Part shown: positions 35,267-45,680 of the stretch, piece after piece | Layout of the letters: the number at the start of each line of letters is the position of its first letter | Numbering within the stretch: the stretch's first letter is position 1 | Virus record (IMG/VR): IMGVR_UViG_3300005688_000028 | Location: 1 to 64,000 of that record | Length of the DNA stretch: 64,000 bases | Reading direction: 5' to 3' (one strand) | Origin: a virus | Position numbers and translations under genes: made by a program | Notes under the pieces: generated by a model | What the model saw: only the letters and a program-made list of their open reading frames with translations | Told to the model about the DNA's origin: nothing | Database searches by the model: none

Positions 35267-37261
35267 TTAGACCTGGAAGCTCACGGGGAGGATCGACGGG
35301 GTGAAGTCGACGAAGGTGATCTCGTAGATCGGCGCCACGGCCACCCCCACGATCCACCGGCCGCCTTCTTGCTCGACCGAGGCGCCCTGCGACTCGTCCC
35401 AGCCCGAGATCCCATCGCCGTCGAGGGCTGCGAGCTTGGTGTCGGTCTCGACGAGGCCCTTGATCCGGGGGCCGGTCGTCGCCACGGCGGGGTCGCCGAT
35501 GGTGGCCTCGAGAAGCGCCCGCTGGCGGAGGATGTACTGCGCGATCCCCTCCATGGCCGACGGGGCGGTGCGGCCGTCGTCGTCATCGGCGAGGTGAGTC
35601 GTCAGCGCGCGCTCGATCTCGGGACCAAGCTCGCCCTGCGTCGTGATGGTCAGCCCCGCGCCGAGCAGCTCCTCGACGTCATCCTCGACCGACCAGTCCG
35701 GCCCGTCGTAGACCTCGACGACGTTGAGCCGTTTCTTCGTGAGCGGCACGGCAACGCCGACGCTGCACTGCGCAGCCGCGTGCATCAGCGCGTACCAGTA
35801 CGGCGCGACCCGCTCCTGCACGCCCGAGAGGGCGATGATCTTCGCCTCCTGCGGGACGAGCGAAACCTTGTCGCTGTTGAGGTCGCCAGCCCGGGTCTTG
35901 ATGGTGTCCTTGGTGGCCTGCGCGGCCGTTCCGGTCCACCCCTGGCACTCGTAGCGGCCGACGCCCCACATGGTGTCGCAGTGGGCCACCAGCGCCTGGT
36001 GCGCCGCGAGGCTCGAGGCGAGCAGCGACACCACCCGGACCCGCTTGCTGCGGTTGAGGGTCGCCAGCGCGGCCGGCCAATCCCCATCGCTCGCCGCGCT
36101 CTGCGTGCCGCCGGTGAGCATCCCGCTCGCGGCCACCGGAAGCGTGCCGCCCGAGACGGCTTCGGCTTCGATGAGGGCTGAGCCCGCCAGCGCCCCGAGG
36201 ATGTAGGCCATGGTGACCCTGAAGGGCACCGCGGAGCCCAGCGAGGTCGCGGCCTTGATGTCGAGGTCGCTCGTCAGCGTCGAGCCCGCGAGCGAGTCCA
36301 CCGCCGACACCGTGAGGTCGGCCGACTTCGTCGCGAGGTAGTTGGTGAGGTCTTTGACGTAGGGGAACTGCTCGGTGGTGACACGCACCATGTCGCCCGA
36401 CACCGTGAAGGTGGGCGTGGTGGGCGTTCCGCCAGCCTGCGCGAACACGATGGACGTGATGGTGCTGAAGGTCTTGGTCGTGCTCTTGGCCGCGTGACCG
36501 CCGCCGTTCGTCCACGTCAGGTCTTGGGTGTCGGCCTCGCCGGTGACCTTGTTGGTCCCGTTGATGGTGACGGTGTAGGTCTCCAGGGCGTCTGGCTCGC
36601 GGCTTGGATCGACCGAAACTGCACCATCCCACGCGAAACTTGCCAGCGTGTCACCGATCGCGATGGCGTCCTTGCTGGCCGTGACGAAGAACTCGCCCGA
36701 GCTGTTGAAGCCCGCCAGCGTCACGAAGCTGTCGTTGCCGCTGTACGCGAGGCTGAACATGGAGCGGCCGACGATCGGGCCGAAGCGTTCGGGCACGCCA
36801 TCGCGGTTGAAGGTGAAGGTGTAGGTCGGCGCCGTCGGGACGGTGGTGTCGACCACGAGGGCGTAGCTGGTGCGGTTGCCCGCATAGCCCCACGCCTTCG
36901 ACGAGATCGTGAGCGCGCCATTGGGCACCGAGTCGACCAGCGTCACGCTCGCCTGCGTGCTCTCGCCCGCGTTGACGAGGTAGACCTCGGACGGCCCACT
37001 CGCGGAGATTCGCGAGTCCTTCCCGGGGCGGTAGATGCAGGCCGCGGCGCGCTTCAGGTTCGCGTCCACCGGGGACAGCTTGAGCATCGATCGGAGGCTC
37101 GTGCAGAGCGTCGGGGTGTTCTGCTCGAGGAACGGGAAGTCACCCACGACCGCGAGGCGCTTCGGCGTGGCGCGGCGCCCCGCGTTGGCCGACCGATTCA
37201 CCGTGACGTTGACGCCGGGACGGCGGGTGAACCGCCCCCCTACTGTGGTTCCAGAGGGCAT
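35267..37261 (-). CDS. tail sheath protein
   Basis: RRPGV.V; SK.WG..GN; LTGG......DW..AL; P.T.K; L..AG; V.VAPI..I.F. Confidence 0.92.
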   Translation of the reverse strand: MPSGTTVGGRFTRRPGVNVTVNRSANAGRRATPKRLAVVGDFPFLEQNTPTLCTSLRSMLKLSPVDANLKRAAACIYRPGKDSRISASGPSEVYLVNAGESTQASVTLVDSVPNGALTISSKAWGYAGNRTSYALVVDTTVPTAPTYTFTFNRDGVPERFGPIVGRSMFSLAYSGNDSFVTLAGFNSSGEFFVTASKDAIAIGDTLASFAWDGAVSVDPSREPDALETYTVTINGTNKVTGEADTQDLTWTNGGGHAAKSTTKTFSTITSIVFAQAGGTPTTPTFTVSGDMVRVTTEQFPYVKDLTNYLATKSADLTVSAVDSLAGSTLTSDLDIKAATSLGSAVPFRVTMAYILGALAGSALIEAEAVSGGTLPVAASGMLTGGTQSAASDGDWPAALATLNRSKRVRVVSLLASSLAAHQALVAHCDTMWGVGRYECQGWTGTAAQATKDTIKTRAGDLNSDKVSLVPQEAKIIALSGVQERVAPYWYALMHAAAQCSVGVAVPLTKKRLNVVEVYDGPDWSVEDDVEELLGAGLTITTQGELGPEIERALTTHLADDDDGRTAPSAMEGIAQYILRQRALLEATIGDPAVATTGPRIKGLVETDTKLAALDGDGISGWDESQGASVEQEGGRWIVGVAVAPIYEITFVDFTPSILPVSFQV

Positions 37262-37935
37262 TACCCAACCTCCCGGGCCATCTGCGTGACGCGGCCAGGA
37301 TTGCCGGTCTCGTCGATGGCGCTCTCGTCATTGATCGAGAACGGGAGCCGCAAGAGCTCGCTCTCGAAGTCGACCAGCTTGCACTCGGCGAAGGTGCTGT
37401 AGCGGAGCCGATACCAGTACGCGCCGCCCCGCTCGGGGAGCAGGTCGCGCATCGGGCCGATCTCCGACACCTCTTTGAAGCCCAGCCCGCGCACCTGCGA
37501 GCGGAGCAGAATCGGCTTGAGCTGCGAGAAGATCGCGCTCAGGCAGAACGTCGCGAGGGCGGCCCCAAGCTGCTTGCTCGGCGCCACCACCACCACCTCG
37601 ACGCTGGACTCGAGCCCGAGGTATCCCTCGCTCTCGTCGTCGCCCGCGCCGCCCATGCCGACGGGGTCGGTGGTCGCGCGCGCGCTCGAAAGCCGGGTGA
37701 AGATCCCGGGGTGTTCCATCGCCGGCCGCTGAAGCTCGGCGAGGCCGAAGGCCACGACCTTGTCCGCAGGACCCGTGTAGCGGTCGGGCGCCGTCAGCGC
37801 CTTGTGCCACCCGTTGACGCGGCTCGCCTCGACCTCGGGCGGGAAGAGCTTGCGAAACTCATCCACGTCGGCCGCCACGATGCGCCACGCCCGCTTGAGG
37901 GCGAACAGCATCGTCTCGTCCACGAGGCCGATCAT
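37261..37935 (-). CDS. tail completion/terminator protein
   Basis: position upstream of the sheath; coupled. Confidence 0.55.
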   Translation of the reverse strand: MIGLVDETMLFALKRAWRIVAADVDEFRKLFPPEVEASRVNGWHKALTAPDRYTGPADKVVAFGLAELQRPAMEHPGIFTRLSSARATTDPVGMGGAGDDESEGYLGLESSVEVVVVAPSKQLGAALATFCLSAIFSQLKPILLRSQVRGLGFKEVSEIGPMRDLLPERGGAYWYRLRYSTFAECKLVDFESELLRLPFSINDESAIDETGNPGRVTQMAREVG

Positions 37936-38357
37936 CGGGTGCTCCGCGTGGCCGCCACGATGGCCGGAAGCTCACGGCGCAGCTTGACGACGATCCCGGC
38001 ACCGGGCTTCGCCTTGCTCATCCACGGCGGCTTGTTGCTCGACGTGGTGCGCCACTCACCATCCCGCATTTTGATGCTCATGTAGCGGGCGCCGGTCTTC
38101 TTCGAGACCTTGGCGGCCGGGCTGCGTAGCATCGCCTCGCTGATGTTGCGGCCGGGCGCGCCGCGCTCTTTGAAGACGCCGGGGAAGCCGAGCGCGACCA
38201 TGCCGCTCTCGTCGTCGGTGACTTCGCTCGACAGCGAGCCCCGATAGCTCTCGTCGGGGGCTTCTTCGCTCCATCGGTCGTGGACCGCGCGCACCACCGC
38301 TTCGGTGCGGCGTCGCTGCGCGTCGGGCGTCATCCCGAAGATGGCGAAGAGGTCCAT
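37932..38357 (-). CDS. neck/virion morphogenesis protein
   Basis: Y..SL, E.GAP, WRT.S...W.....PG; late box upstream. Confidence 0.6.
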   Translation of the reverse strand: MDLFAIFGMTPDAQRRRTEAVVRAVHDRWSEEAPDESYRGSLSSEVTDDESGMVALGFPGVFKERGAPGRNISEAMLRSPAAKVSKKTGARYMSIKMRDGEWRTTSSNKPPWMSKAKPGAGIVVKLRRELPAIVAATRSTR

Positions 38358-38389
38358 GCGCCCCATCGTGCGCAGCGGCATGACGGGGC

Positions 38390-38399
38390 GTGAGCTTTC
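38390..38399 (-). promoter_or_regulatory. late-promoter box GAAAGCTCAC
   Basis: exact; CACGAT -10; 32 nt to ATG 38357. Confidence 0.75.
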
Positions 38400-38431
38400 A
38401 CGCGCGGCTCATGCGACCGCGCGAAGGGCGC

Positions 38432-38926
38432 TCAGAAGGGCACGTCGTCGTCGAAGTAGCCGGGCTCATCGGGCGAGCGTGGCGGTGCCTGTGGTGGCGC
38501 CTGCGTGGCACGCTGGCCCTGGCCCTGCGACCGCTGCGAGGGACGGTTCTCGGGTCGGCTCTCATGTCGTGGGGCCTCGCGCTCACCGTGGTCCTCGCCG
38601 CGGTCCACGAACGTCATCTGGCTCGCCACGATCTCGGTGCTGTAGCGCTTCTGGCCCGTCTGCTGGTCATCCCACGAGCGGGTGGTGAGCCGCCCCTCGA
38701 TGTAGACCTTGCGGCCCTTCTGCAAGTACCGCTGCGCGAGCTCGGCCTGCTGGCCCCAGAGCACCACCCGGTGCCACTCGGTGCGCTCATGCCGCGAGCC
38801 GTGCTTGTCCTTGAACGATTCGGAGGTCGCCAGCGACAGGGTCGCGACGAGCTGCCCCTGTGGGGTCGTTCTCACCTCGGGGTCGGCCCCGAGGTTGCCG
38901 AGCAGGATCACCTTGTTGACGCTCAC
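38432..38926 (-). CDS. ssb: single-stranded DNA-binding protein
   Basis: [17 protein letters not shown]...TEWHRVV...[14 protein letters not shown]...DDDVPF. Confidence 0.95.
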   Translation of the reverse strand: MSVNKVILLGNLGADPEVRTTPQGQLVATLSLATSESFKDKHGSRHERTEWHRVVLWGQQAELAQRYLQKGRKVYIEGRLTTRSWDDQQTGQKRYSTEIVASQMTFVDRGEDHGEREAPRHESRPENRPSQRSQGQGQRATQAPPQAPPRSPDEPGYFDDDVPF

Positions 38927-40044
38927 TCTGCCTCCGACGTCTTGTAGCCGTGGGGTGGCCCCATCGTCTCGAGCCAGCAATGGACCTGCACCGGATAGCG
39001 CGCCCACTGCGTTCCGCCCGCCACCTTCGCCGCCGTGTAGCCGTCCCGGTGCGGGTGCGGCGTGTCGTTCACGACGTAGGTGGGGCTTGCCCAATAGTCG
39101 ATTGTGTAGCGCTCGCCAATCGCCGGGGTGTTGCCGTCCACACCGCCGCTGGTCCCTTCCGCACTCTCCACTTCGGCCGGGGCCGGGAAGCCTGGCAAGC
39201 TGTCGATGCTGATGGCCTTGAAGCCTTCCACCGGGAAGTTGCCGACCTCGCCCGCCACCTCGCACCGCAGCGTGACGGTGAAGTTGCCGTCTTCGTCGGC
39301 CGTGACCTCCTCGGTCGACACGAAGGTCAGGATGCCGGCCTCGAAGCGCCAATAGGCCGGAATGATCGTGCCGGGGGTGGCCTGGCCCACGAACTCGCCC
39401 GTGGCATACTCACCCGAGGCCGCGAGCCATTCGAGTTCGCCGTCAGGCGTGATTCGGCAGTCCAGATCCTGCACCAGCGGCGCGGGCACGATCTGCCCGC
39501 TGGCGTTCGCGCGCCGGATGTAGACGCCGTTCCACGCCGTGACCTCTTTGACGGTCGGGGTGTCCTCGTCGGCCAGCTCGAGGTTGGCGGACGCGATCGG
39601 ATACCTCAGCCGCTCTTTGGCCCCTGTGCGCTCGCGCGTCTCCGAGACCGCATGGACCGAGTCGAGCACCGTGAAGCGGTCCCACGACTTCGGCATGTGC
39701 TCAGGGAGCACCGTGATCATCACCATGCCCTTCACCTGCTCGCCGTAGAGCTGGTAAAAGGCTGGGTTCTTGCTCGCGCTCAGGACGACCGCCTGGATCT
39801 CCTGCGGGTCGTGGTGAAGGAAGCCGATCCCGAAGCATTCGGGACACGCGGACTGCGGCTCATGGGTCGGGGTGCGTGTGGCCTCTCCAAGCGAGCCCGT
39901 GACCGTACAGGGACACCGCGCCGCCTTCTCCCAGAGGACCCGGGAGCCCCGCCGGAAGATGAGCTGCCGGAAGCGATCGGGGTTGAGGCCGATCTGCCTG
40001 CCGAGCTTCGCCGGCCGCCAGCTCTTGGGGCTTTGGAGCGGCAT
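38923..40044 (-). CDS. head closure/neck protein with zinc finger and inserted baseplate-J-like barrel
   Basis: WEKA..CPC...CPEC.G.G; WDRF; insert TPGTIIPA...F.STE...[10 protein letters not shown]. Confidence 0.65.
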   Translation of the reverse strand: MPLQSPKSWRPAKLGRQIGLNPDRFRQLIFRRGSRVLWEKAARCPCTVTGSLGEATRTPTHEPQSACPECFGIGFLHHDPQEIQAVVLSASKNPAFYQLYGEQVKGMVMITVLPEHMPKSWDRFTVLDSVHAVSETRERTGAKERLRYPIASANLELADEDTPTVKEVTAWNGVYIRRANASGQIVPAPLVQDLDCRITPDGELEWLAASGEYATGEFVGQATPGTIIPAYWRFEAGILTFVSTEEVTADEDGNFTVTLRCEVAGEVGNFPVEGFKAISIDSLPGFPAPAEVESAEGTSGGVDGNTPAIGERYTIDYWASPTYVVNDTPHPHRDGYTAAKVAGGTQWARYPVQVHCWLETMGPPHGYKTSEAE

Positions 40045-40814
40045 CAGAGCACCGCGACTTGCGGGCCAAGATACCGCTTCTTCAGACCGGCCATGTTGGC
40101 CTTGAGCTGGTTCTGGTAGCTCAGGATGCGCGCGCCGTATCCGCTGTTCGTGGCGCTGCTCGTGGTGCTCACGGACTCGGAAAGCCCGTCCATGGTCGTC
40201 GAGTAGGACGCGATACCGGCGCCCGCGATGAGGTCGCCCGCGGTGTCGAGGGGCAGCATCGAAGCGAGGTGTCCGATCGCCATCTTGATCTCGGCCGGAA
40301 TGGGGTAGGTCGTCCCGTCGAAGCCGGCCGTGTAGCTCACGCGCAGGTAGCCTGCCCGCCTCGAGTCGATGTGCCACCCGAGGAAGTCGAACACCTGCGA
40401 GGGGCCGAAGGTCGCGAAGAACTCACTCGTGCGCTGGATCGAGCCCTGGCCCGCGATGATCTCGACGAGGCCCATGTTCTCGTGCCGGATGTAGCACCAG
40501 TTGTTCGGGATCGTGACCCCGGGGAAGTCGCCCTGCTTGAACTCCAACTTCTGGATCGAGCGGAGCGGCCCATGCTTCGTCTGGAACTGGTACGCGCGCC
40601 GCCAGTCGCCCACGGTGATGTCGTGGAGCTCGTCCGTGATGGTGCGGAGCGAGAGCTTGATCCCCAGCTCGGTCTCGATGCGCTCGGCGGCCCCTTCGAT
40701 ACAGAGCTCGAAGAGGCCGTCGGGGTAGGGGTCGCCCTCGTCGTTCGTGAGGTCAACCCCGAAGAGGAAGGTCCGCTTGAGCCAGTCGACCGTGAGGCCG
40801 TAGGGGAGGGCCAT
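40044..40814 (-). CDS. head-tail adaptor
   Basis: LK..FLFGVDL...G.P; V.YTAGF; IP..I..AI...A; GAGIAS.S...DG.S.S..TT.SA. Confidence 0.8.
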   Translation of the reverse strand: MALPYGLTVDWLKRTFLFGVDLTNDEGDPYPDGLFELCIEGAAERIETELGIKLSLRTITDELHDITVGDWRRAYQFQTKHGPLRSIQKLEFKQGDFPGVTIPNNWCYIRHENMGLVEIIAGQGSIQRTSEFFATFGPSQVFDFLGWHIDSRRAGYLRVSYTAGFDGTTYPIPAEIKMAIGHLASMLPLDTAGDLIAGAGIASYSTTMDGLSESVSTTSSATNSGYGARILSYQNQLKANMAGLKKRYLGPQVAVL

Positions 40815-40855
40815 GGGCAGAACTCCTCTTCAGGGTCGGGCGTTGGGCTTGCCCG

Positions 40856-41965
40856 TCAGACGGAGGCGCGGCAGAGCCCGCCCGTCACGCCGCTGGCCGC
40901 GGCGCCCGCGACGATCGTGGTCTCGCCGGTCGAGAGGTTGAAGATGCTGATGCGGCCACCGAGGCCGCCGACGCCGATGGCGCCCGCGAGAGCGCCGGCA
41001 CCCGCGCCGGCCGCACCACCCGTGCCACCCGAGGCGTCGAGAAGGTTCGGGCAGGTGCCGGTGACCTTGCCGACGATGAGGACGATCTCGCCGCCGCCAC
41101 CACCACCGCCGCCGCCGCCGCCCGCGCGATCCGCGCCGGGCGAATCGGCGCCGAGGCGACCGTTGCCGCCCTTGGCCGAGATTGCGCCAGCCGCCGTGGC
41201 CGAGTTGACGACCAGCTCGTCCACGATGAGGACGAGGACGCCACCACCGGAGCCGCCGCCGCCACCCGTTCCGCCAGCCGCCTCACCGGAGCCGCCGCCA
41301 CCGGAACCACCAGCGCCGCCAGCGCCGCCGCCGATCAGGGTGACGCCCGCCACGCGGTTCGTCTCGGGGGTGTTGATGTGGAACGAGGCCGTGACAGCGC
41401 CGCCAGCTTGGCCGACACCACCAGCCCCGCCACCGCCCGTTCCACCGGCACCTCCCGCACCACCCGTTCCGCCGTTTCCGACCGCAACCGCGGCGGGCGT
41501 GCTGCCGATCGAGCCTGTCGTGGTGCTCGAGTTGCCACCATCACCGCCGGCGCCACTGGCCGCGTGGAGCAGCGAGGCCGCGATGGCGGCACCGGCCGCC
41601 TGGCCCGCACCGTTGTTGCCGTTGCACTTGAGGGCGCCGGCCGCCGCACCGCGCAGGTCGAGCTTCTTGGCCCGGATGTAGCGCTGCGCCACGTTGATCG
41701 AGCCGGAGCCGTCGACCTTGAGCGTGTCGAAGAAGGCGTTGCGCAGAAGCGCTCCGCTGCTGAACAGACCGCTCACCGTGAGGTTGTTGGTCGTGACGTG
41801 GCGGCTGCCGTCGACCGGCTCACCCGAAAGGTTCGCCGTCGCCCCCGCCACCTTCTGGAGCTCCTGAATGATGGAGCCGAGCAGAACGCCCTCGGGCGCG
41901 ATGCCCGCGCGGTCGAGGAGGCCCTTGGCGAAATCGCTGATTGCCGTCTGGCTCAGGATGCTCAC
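40856..41965 (-). CDS. glycine-rich virion (head fibre/decoration) protein
   Basis: GGGGGSGGG.L.L, ISAKGG.G, DASGG.GG repeats. Confidence 0.7.
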   Translation of the reverse strand: MSILSQTAISDFAKGLLDRAGIAPEGVLLGSIIQELQKVAGATANLSGEPVDGSRHVTTNNLTVSGLFSSGALLRNAFFDTLKVDGSGSINVAQRYIRAKKLDLRGAAAGALKCNGNNGAGQAAGAAIAASLLHAASGAGGDGGNSSTTTGSIGSTPAAVAVGNGGTGGAGGAGGTGGGGAGGVGQAGGAVTASFHINTPETNRVAGVTLIGGGAGGAGGSGGGGSGEAAGGTGGGGGSGGGVLVLIVDELVVNSATAAGAISAKGGNGRLGADSPGADRAGGGGGGGGGGGEIVLIVGKVTGTCPNLLDASGGTGGAAGAGAGALAGAIGVGGLGGRISIFNLSTGETTIVAGAAASGVTGGLCRASV

Positions 41966-42504
41966 GACTCACCTTCCTTCTTCGCAGGGGCCTCGACGGC
42001 CTGGTTCTGGGTCTCGACGATCGGCTTGAGGGCGGCCTCGAGCTTGTCGCGGTTGCGGTCGCGCGGGTCGAAGACGATCCCGTGCTGGGCCGCGAGGGCG
42101 CGCAACTGGTTCATGTTGAGTTGAGCGAGCTCGATCTTCTCGGCCTGCTTCTTCTCTTCCTCGGCGCGCACGCTGGCCTCGTCGGCCGCCAGCTTGATCT
42201 TGCTGATCCGCTGGAGCTTGTCGGCGTAGCGGCGTTCGAGGTCGTCGAGCTCGACCTTCTTGACGCCGATCTTGTCCTTGAGCTCGTCCGCCTCTTTCGA
42301 GAGGAGCGAGAGCCGCGACTCCTGCACGTCGACGCCGTCGCGGTCGACGTAGCGCCAGCCCGGGATGCGGGCGAGCTTCGCGACCTCTTCGGGCTCGAGC
42401 AGGTCGGGAAGGAAGCCCTCGCTGTCCACCGCGAGCGGGCGCGCTACGAGCACCAGCCGCGTACCGGCCTTGGCCGGGTTTCTCCATGCTTTGTCGACGC
42501 TCAC
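41962..42504 (-). CDS. coiled-coil protein with C-terminal HEH/Rho_N-like motif
   Basis: LNMNQLRALAAQHGI......RDKL; AGGAG SD. Confidence 0.6.
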   Translation of the reverse strand: MSVDKAWRNPAKAGTRLVLVARPLAVDSEGFLPDLLEPEEVAKLARIPGWRYVDRDGVDVQESRLSLLSKEADELKDKIGVKKVELDDLERRYADKLQRISKIKLAADEASVRAEEEKKQAEKIELAQLNMNQLRALAAQHGIVFDPRDRNRDKLEAALKPIVETQNQAVEAPAKKEGES

Positions 42505-42532
42505 GATGGTTCTCCTGTGAGGGCGTGCAGAC

Positions 42533-42563
42533 GAAAGCCGGGGGCGCCCCGAAGGGCACCCCC
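42533..42563 (-). terminator. stem-loop after the major capsid gene
   Basis: GGGGGTGCCC-TTCG-GGGCGCCCCC followed by GGCTTTC. Confidence 0.55.
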
Positions 42564-42572
42564 AGCCTCACG

Positions 42573-44111
42573 TCAGAACGAGATCCCGGCGGCGTTGAGG
42601 AGGGCGATGTGCCGCTTCGGCTGGTCGACCGACAGGCCGCGGTAGGTGCCGACCACCATGCGGAGCTCGCGCTCGATCCGGCCCATGTCGTCCTGGAAGG
42701 ACTCGAGGAGGACGTTGTCGAGGATCGCCCCGTCGCCGTGATGCACGAGCGCCGACTTGAAGGTGCCGGGGATGCGGGCGTTGGTGTCGTACCAGAGCGT
42801 GCCCGAGCTGGCGCCGAGCGTGTTCCGGCCGAACTTGCCGCCGTAGTGGAAGACGGTCGTCGAGTCCTTGGCCGACCTCCACCAGTGGTAGCCGACGAGC
42901 GTGGAGCTGAAGCCCGCGTCGTTGAAGTCGGCCTTGCCCACGTCGCCATCGGCGATCGTCAGCGCGGTGCAGGTGAAGGGCGCCGGGTTGCCCTTCTTGT
43001 AGATCGGGACGAACTTGTAGATGTAGTCGCCCGCGTCCGAGACGCCGAACTGGCTCGTGAGCGAGACCGAGACGCCCGTGGGCGAGGTCATCGCGCCGCC
43101 GACGAGGTTGGCCTCGGTCATCGCCCAGTAGTCCACGCTCGCGTCGCCATCGGCGACCACGTTCGCGACGTTCCAGTTGGGCGAGCAGAACAGCGAGTTC
43201 CGCAGCTCGACCGTCTGGCCCGTCGGCCCGCTCATGAGGAGCTGGGTCATGTCCTGGTTCCAGAAGATCTTGACGCCCTTGGCGGGGTCGAGACGGTTCT
43301 TGCCGGCCGCCTCCTTCGAGAGCGGCGCCCACATCTCGGGCGGCAGATACCAGGCGTTCGGCTTGCCCTCGTACTCGAGGCGCATGAGGCCAGCGAGGTA
43401 GTCGATGAGCTTGTCGAACGTGACGGTCGCGCCGCGCAGGTCGAACACGTTGATGTTCGCCGTGCCGCCCGCCTCCATCTGGACGAAGAAGCCATCGCCC
43501 TCGTCGGCGTCGAAGTCGTTGTCGCCGTGGAAGTAGGCGATCTCGAGCTTCTCGGCGAGCGACTCGATGGCCGCCTCGCGCTCGAAGTTGAGGCCGCCAG
43601 GTCCGTCGGCGCGGACCACCGGGTACTTGCCCTGGAGGATGTTGACGTGCTCCGCGACGTGGGTCAGCGTCGGCATGACGCCGTAGTAGCGGACGGTCGC
43701 GATGGTGCGGTCCATCAGCGGGCGGTTGACTGCGGGCAGGCTCTTCTCGCCCATGCCGAGCGGGCTGAAGTAGTTGCCGTGCCGCTTCAGGATCACGCGG
43801 TCGCGCTTGACCTGATCGACCTGCTCGCGCTCGATGTTCTCGATGAAGGTGCAGCGCTCCTTCCGCTTGAGCATCGTCGAGTAGACGCGACGGCTGATGT
43901 CCTGCGGGATGAGCACGCTGAACCCGTTGTTCGAGACGGGCGTGCTCTGGGTGATGTTGGCCGCGTCCACGGAGCCTTTGAGCAGGCTCGGCAGCTTGCC
44001 GGCCTTCTCGAGCGTCGCGAACTCCTCGATGTCCGGCTTCGCGCCGTTGAGGCGGTCGCGCTGGATTTTGGCGCGATCCTCGATCTGACGATCCTTTTCC
44101 TGCTGATACAT
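42573..44111 (-). CDS. major capsid protein
   Basis: about 512 aa after scaffold/protease; E..LP; L...LE.A.FHGD; DG; DLRG; late Ig-like insertion. Confidence 0.85.
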   Translation of the reverse strand: MYQQEKDRQIEDRAKIQRDRLNGAKPDIEEFATLEKAGKLPSLLKGSVDAANITQSTPVSNNGFSVLIPQDISRRVYSTMLKRKERCTFIENIEREQVDQVKRDRVILKRHGNYFSPLGMGEKSLPAVNRPLMDRTIATVRYYGVMPTLTHVAEHVNILQGKYPVVRADGPGGLNFEREAAIESLAEKLEIAYFHGDNDFDADEGDGFFVQMEAGGTANINVFDLRGATVTFDKLIDYLAGLMRLEYEGKPNAWYLPPEMWAPLSKEAAGKNRLDPAKGVKIFWNQDMTQLLMSGPTGQTVELRNSLFCSPNWNVANVVADGDASVDYWAMTEANLVGGAMTSPTGVSVSLTSQFGVSDAGDYIYKFVPIYKKGNPAPFTCTALTIADGDVGKADFNDAGFSSTLVGYHWWRSAKDSTTVFHYGGKFGRNTLGASSGTLWYDTNARIPGTFKSALVHHGDGAILDNVLLESFQDDMGRIERELRMVVGTYRGLSVDQPKRHIALLNAAGISF

Positions 44112-44137
44112 GGTCTCTCTCCCTGGGTTCGTCTGGG

Positions 44138-44899
44138 TCACGCCGTGAAGCCGAAGGTCTGCGCGATCTGCGCCACCTCACCGGCACTCGTGGTCAGCTC
44201 CTCGACCTTGCTGATGGCCTTGTGCAGCTTGTTGGCCTGGGCCACGTCGGCACCGGCGGCGCGCTGCTTCTCGAAGAGGAAGTCGGCCAGCCGGCGGCGG
44301 TTGATCGGGGCCTTGTTGAGCTCACCCTTGCCGTCGCCCGCGTGCGGGATGGCCTCGAAGTCATCCGGTCGGACGCCGCGGAAGTCGCCGCGCGGACCCT
44401 TGATGAGCGCCTCGATCTCGTTGAGGCGGGCGAGCACGGGAGCGATGTCCTGCGCGCCGCCCTTGGCGAGCTGCTTGGTGACCTGCTGCGCGAGCGCCTT
44501 CGTGAGATTGCCCGCGGCGGCGATCTGGCCCTTGAGCAGCCCGATCTCCTTCTTGAGCGGCGCCACCGCGCTCTCGACGGCCGCGTTGACGGCCGCGCCG
44601 AGCGCCTTGCTCATCTCCTCGTCGCCGCCGTCGTCCTCGTCGGGCTCGCCGTACTCGGGCTCGTCGTCGTCGTCCTCACTCTCGTCGCCATCGGGCTCGG
44701 AGTGCGACGCCTTGTTCAGCGCCTCGGCCCACTCGTCGGCGGCCTGGTCGAGCGTGGTCACCTCGAGCCCGAGGTCGCCCTGGTCCGGGGTGATGGTGCC
44801 CTTCGCGAGCGCGCTCACGACCTCGCTTTCGATCTTCTCGTCATCGAAACCGAGACCCGCCAGCGCCGTGCGAAACTCCGTCTCCGTCTTCGTGCTCAT
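44138..44899 (-). CDS. scaffolding protein
   Basis: between protease and capsid; helical, acidic tract, nine (L/M)xK(A/G) motifs. Confidence 0.75.
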   Translation of the reverse strand: MSTKTETEFRTALAGLGFDDEKIESEVVSALAKGTITPDQGDLGLEVTTLDQAADEWAEALNKASHSEPDGDESEDDDDEPEYGEPDEDDGGDEEMSKALGAAVNAAVESAVAPLKKEIGLLKGQIAAAGNLTKALAQQVTKQLAKGGAQDIAPVLARLNEIEALIKGPRGDFRGVRPDDFEAIPHAGDGKGELNKAPINRRRLADFLFEKQRAAGADVAQANKLHKAISKVEELTTSAGEVAQIAQTFGFTA

Positions 44900-44912
44900 G
44901 GGATGCTCCTGT

Positions 44913-45647
44913 TCACAGCGCCGCGATGCGCTCGAGCGCCGCGACGAGGGTTCGTTCGGGCTGCCTGCTGAGCAGGCGAAGCGCCTTGAGGTGAGCCGTC
45001 GGAATGCCCTCGGTGAGCGCGAGTCGGCGCTGAACCTCGGGGTCGTAGGCGAGCCTCATGGCGGCTTTCATGAGGTCGGCCGGCAGTCCGGCGGGCATGC
45101 CCATCTGAGCCCCGAAGGCCGCTGCGAGCGGCATCGCGAAACTCGACGGATTGCGCGGGGCGGCGTCGATTGCCACCGTGCGGATCGTGCAGCGCGTGAT
45201 GACGTTGCCCCGCATCTCGTTGATGGAGCCCTCGACGCTGAAGCCGAGCCCCTGCCCGCGCGGGCCTTTGCAGAGGGCTTGGTGCTGCGCCCGGACCTGC
45301 TGCGCGAGCGGCAGATCCTTGAGCAACACGACCTCGATCATGTTGCCCTTGACGCCCTTGAAGAGCCCGAAGGTCCGCTTGACGCCCTGGGCGCAAACGC
45401 GGTCCGCTGAATAGGGGTGCTTGTAGTGGACGACGCCGCGCTGGTCGTACTCGGTCCAGTCCGCGCCGTCCTGAAGCAAGACCTGGCCGTCGGCGTCCAG
45501 AAACTCGCTCGTCGCGAGCCCCTTGAGCAGCCACGCCGGGTCAATCTCGCCCGGCCCCAATGCCTTCTGAAGCGCCTCCTCGGGAAGCGCCTCACACTCG
45601 CCCCAGAGGAGCGGGAAGGTCATCGTGTCTGTCGCCATGGCAACCAT
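44913..45647 (-). CDS. prohead protease
   Basis: G.ATSE..D.DG..L.Q.G.D; Y.H; LGFSVEG; VAI...P.N. Confidence 0.88.
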   Translation of the reverse strand: MVAMATDTMTFPLLWGECEALPEEALQKALGPGEIDPAWLLKGLATSEFLDADGQVLLQDGADWTEYDQRGVVHYKHPYSADRVCAQGVKRTFGLFKGVKGNMIEVVLLKDLPLAQQVRAQHQALCKGPRGQGLGFSVEGSINEMRGNVITRCTIRTVAIDAAPRNPSSFAMPLAAAFGAQMGMPAGLPADLMKAAMRLAYDPEVQRRLALTEGIPTAHLKALRLLSRQPERTLVAALERIAAL

Positions 45648-45680
45648 GGCGGCGATTGCAAGCTAGGTGCGCCTGCGCGC

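Noticed and set aside
42486-45410. 974-aa + strand ORF and other long antisense ORFs (e.g. 16256-17932, 17778-19409, 46109-48367, 49395-51200)
   Set aside because: Shadows of high-GC3 genes on the - strand; no motifs, SDs or operon coupling.
34153-45647. Extracellular contractile injection system, T6SS or tailocin
   Set aside because: Portal, protease, scaffold, capsid and neck genes show a complete phage virion module.
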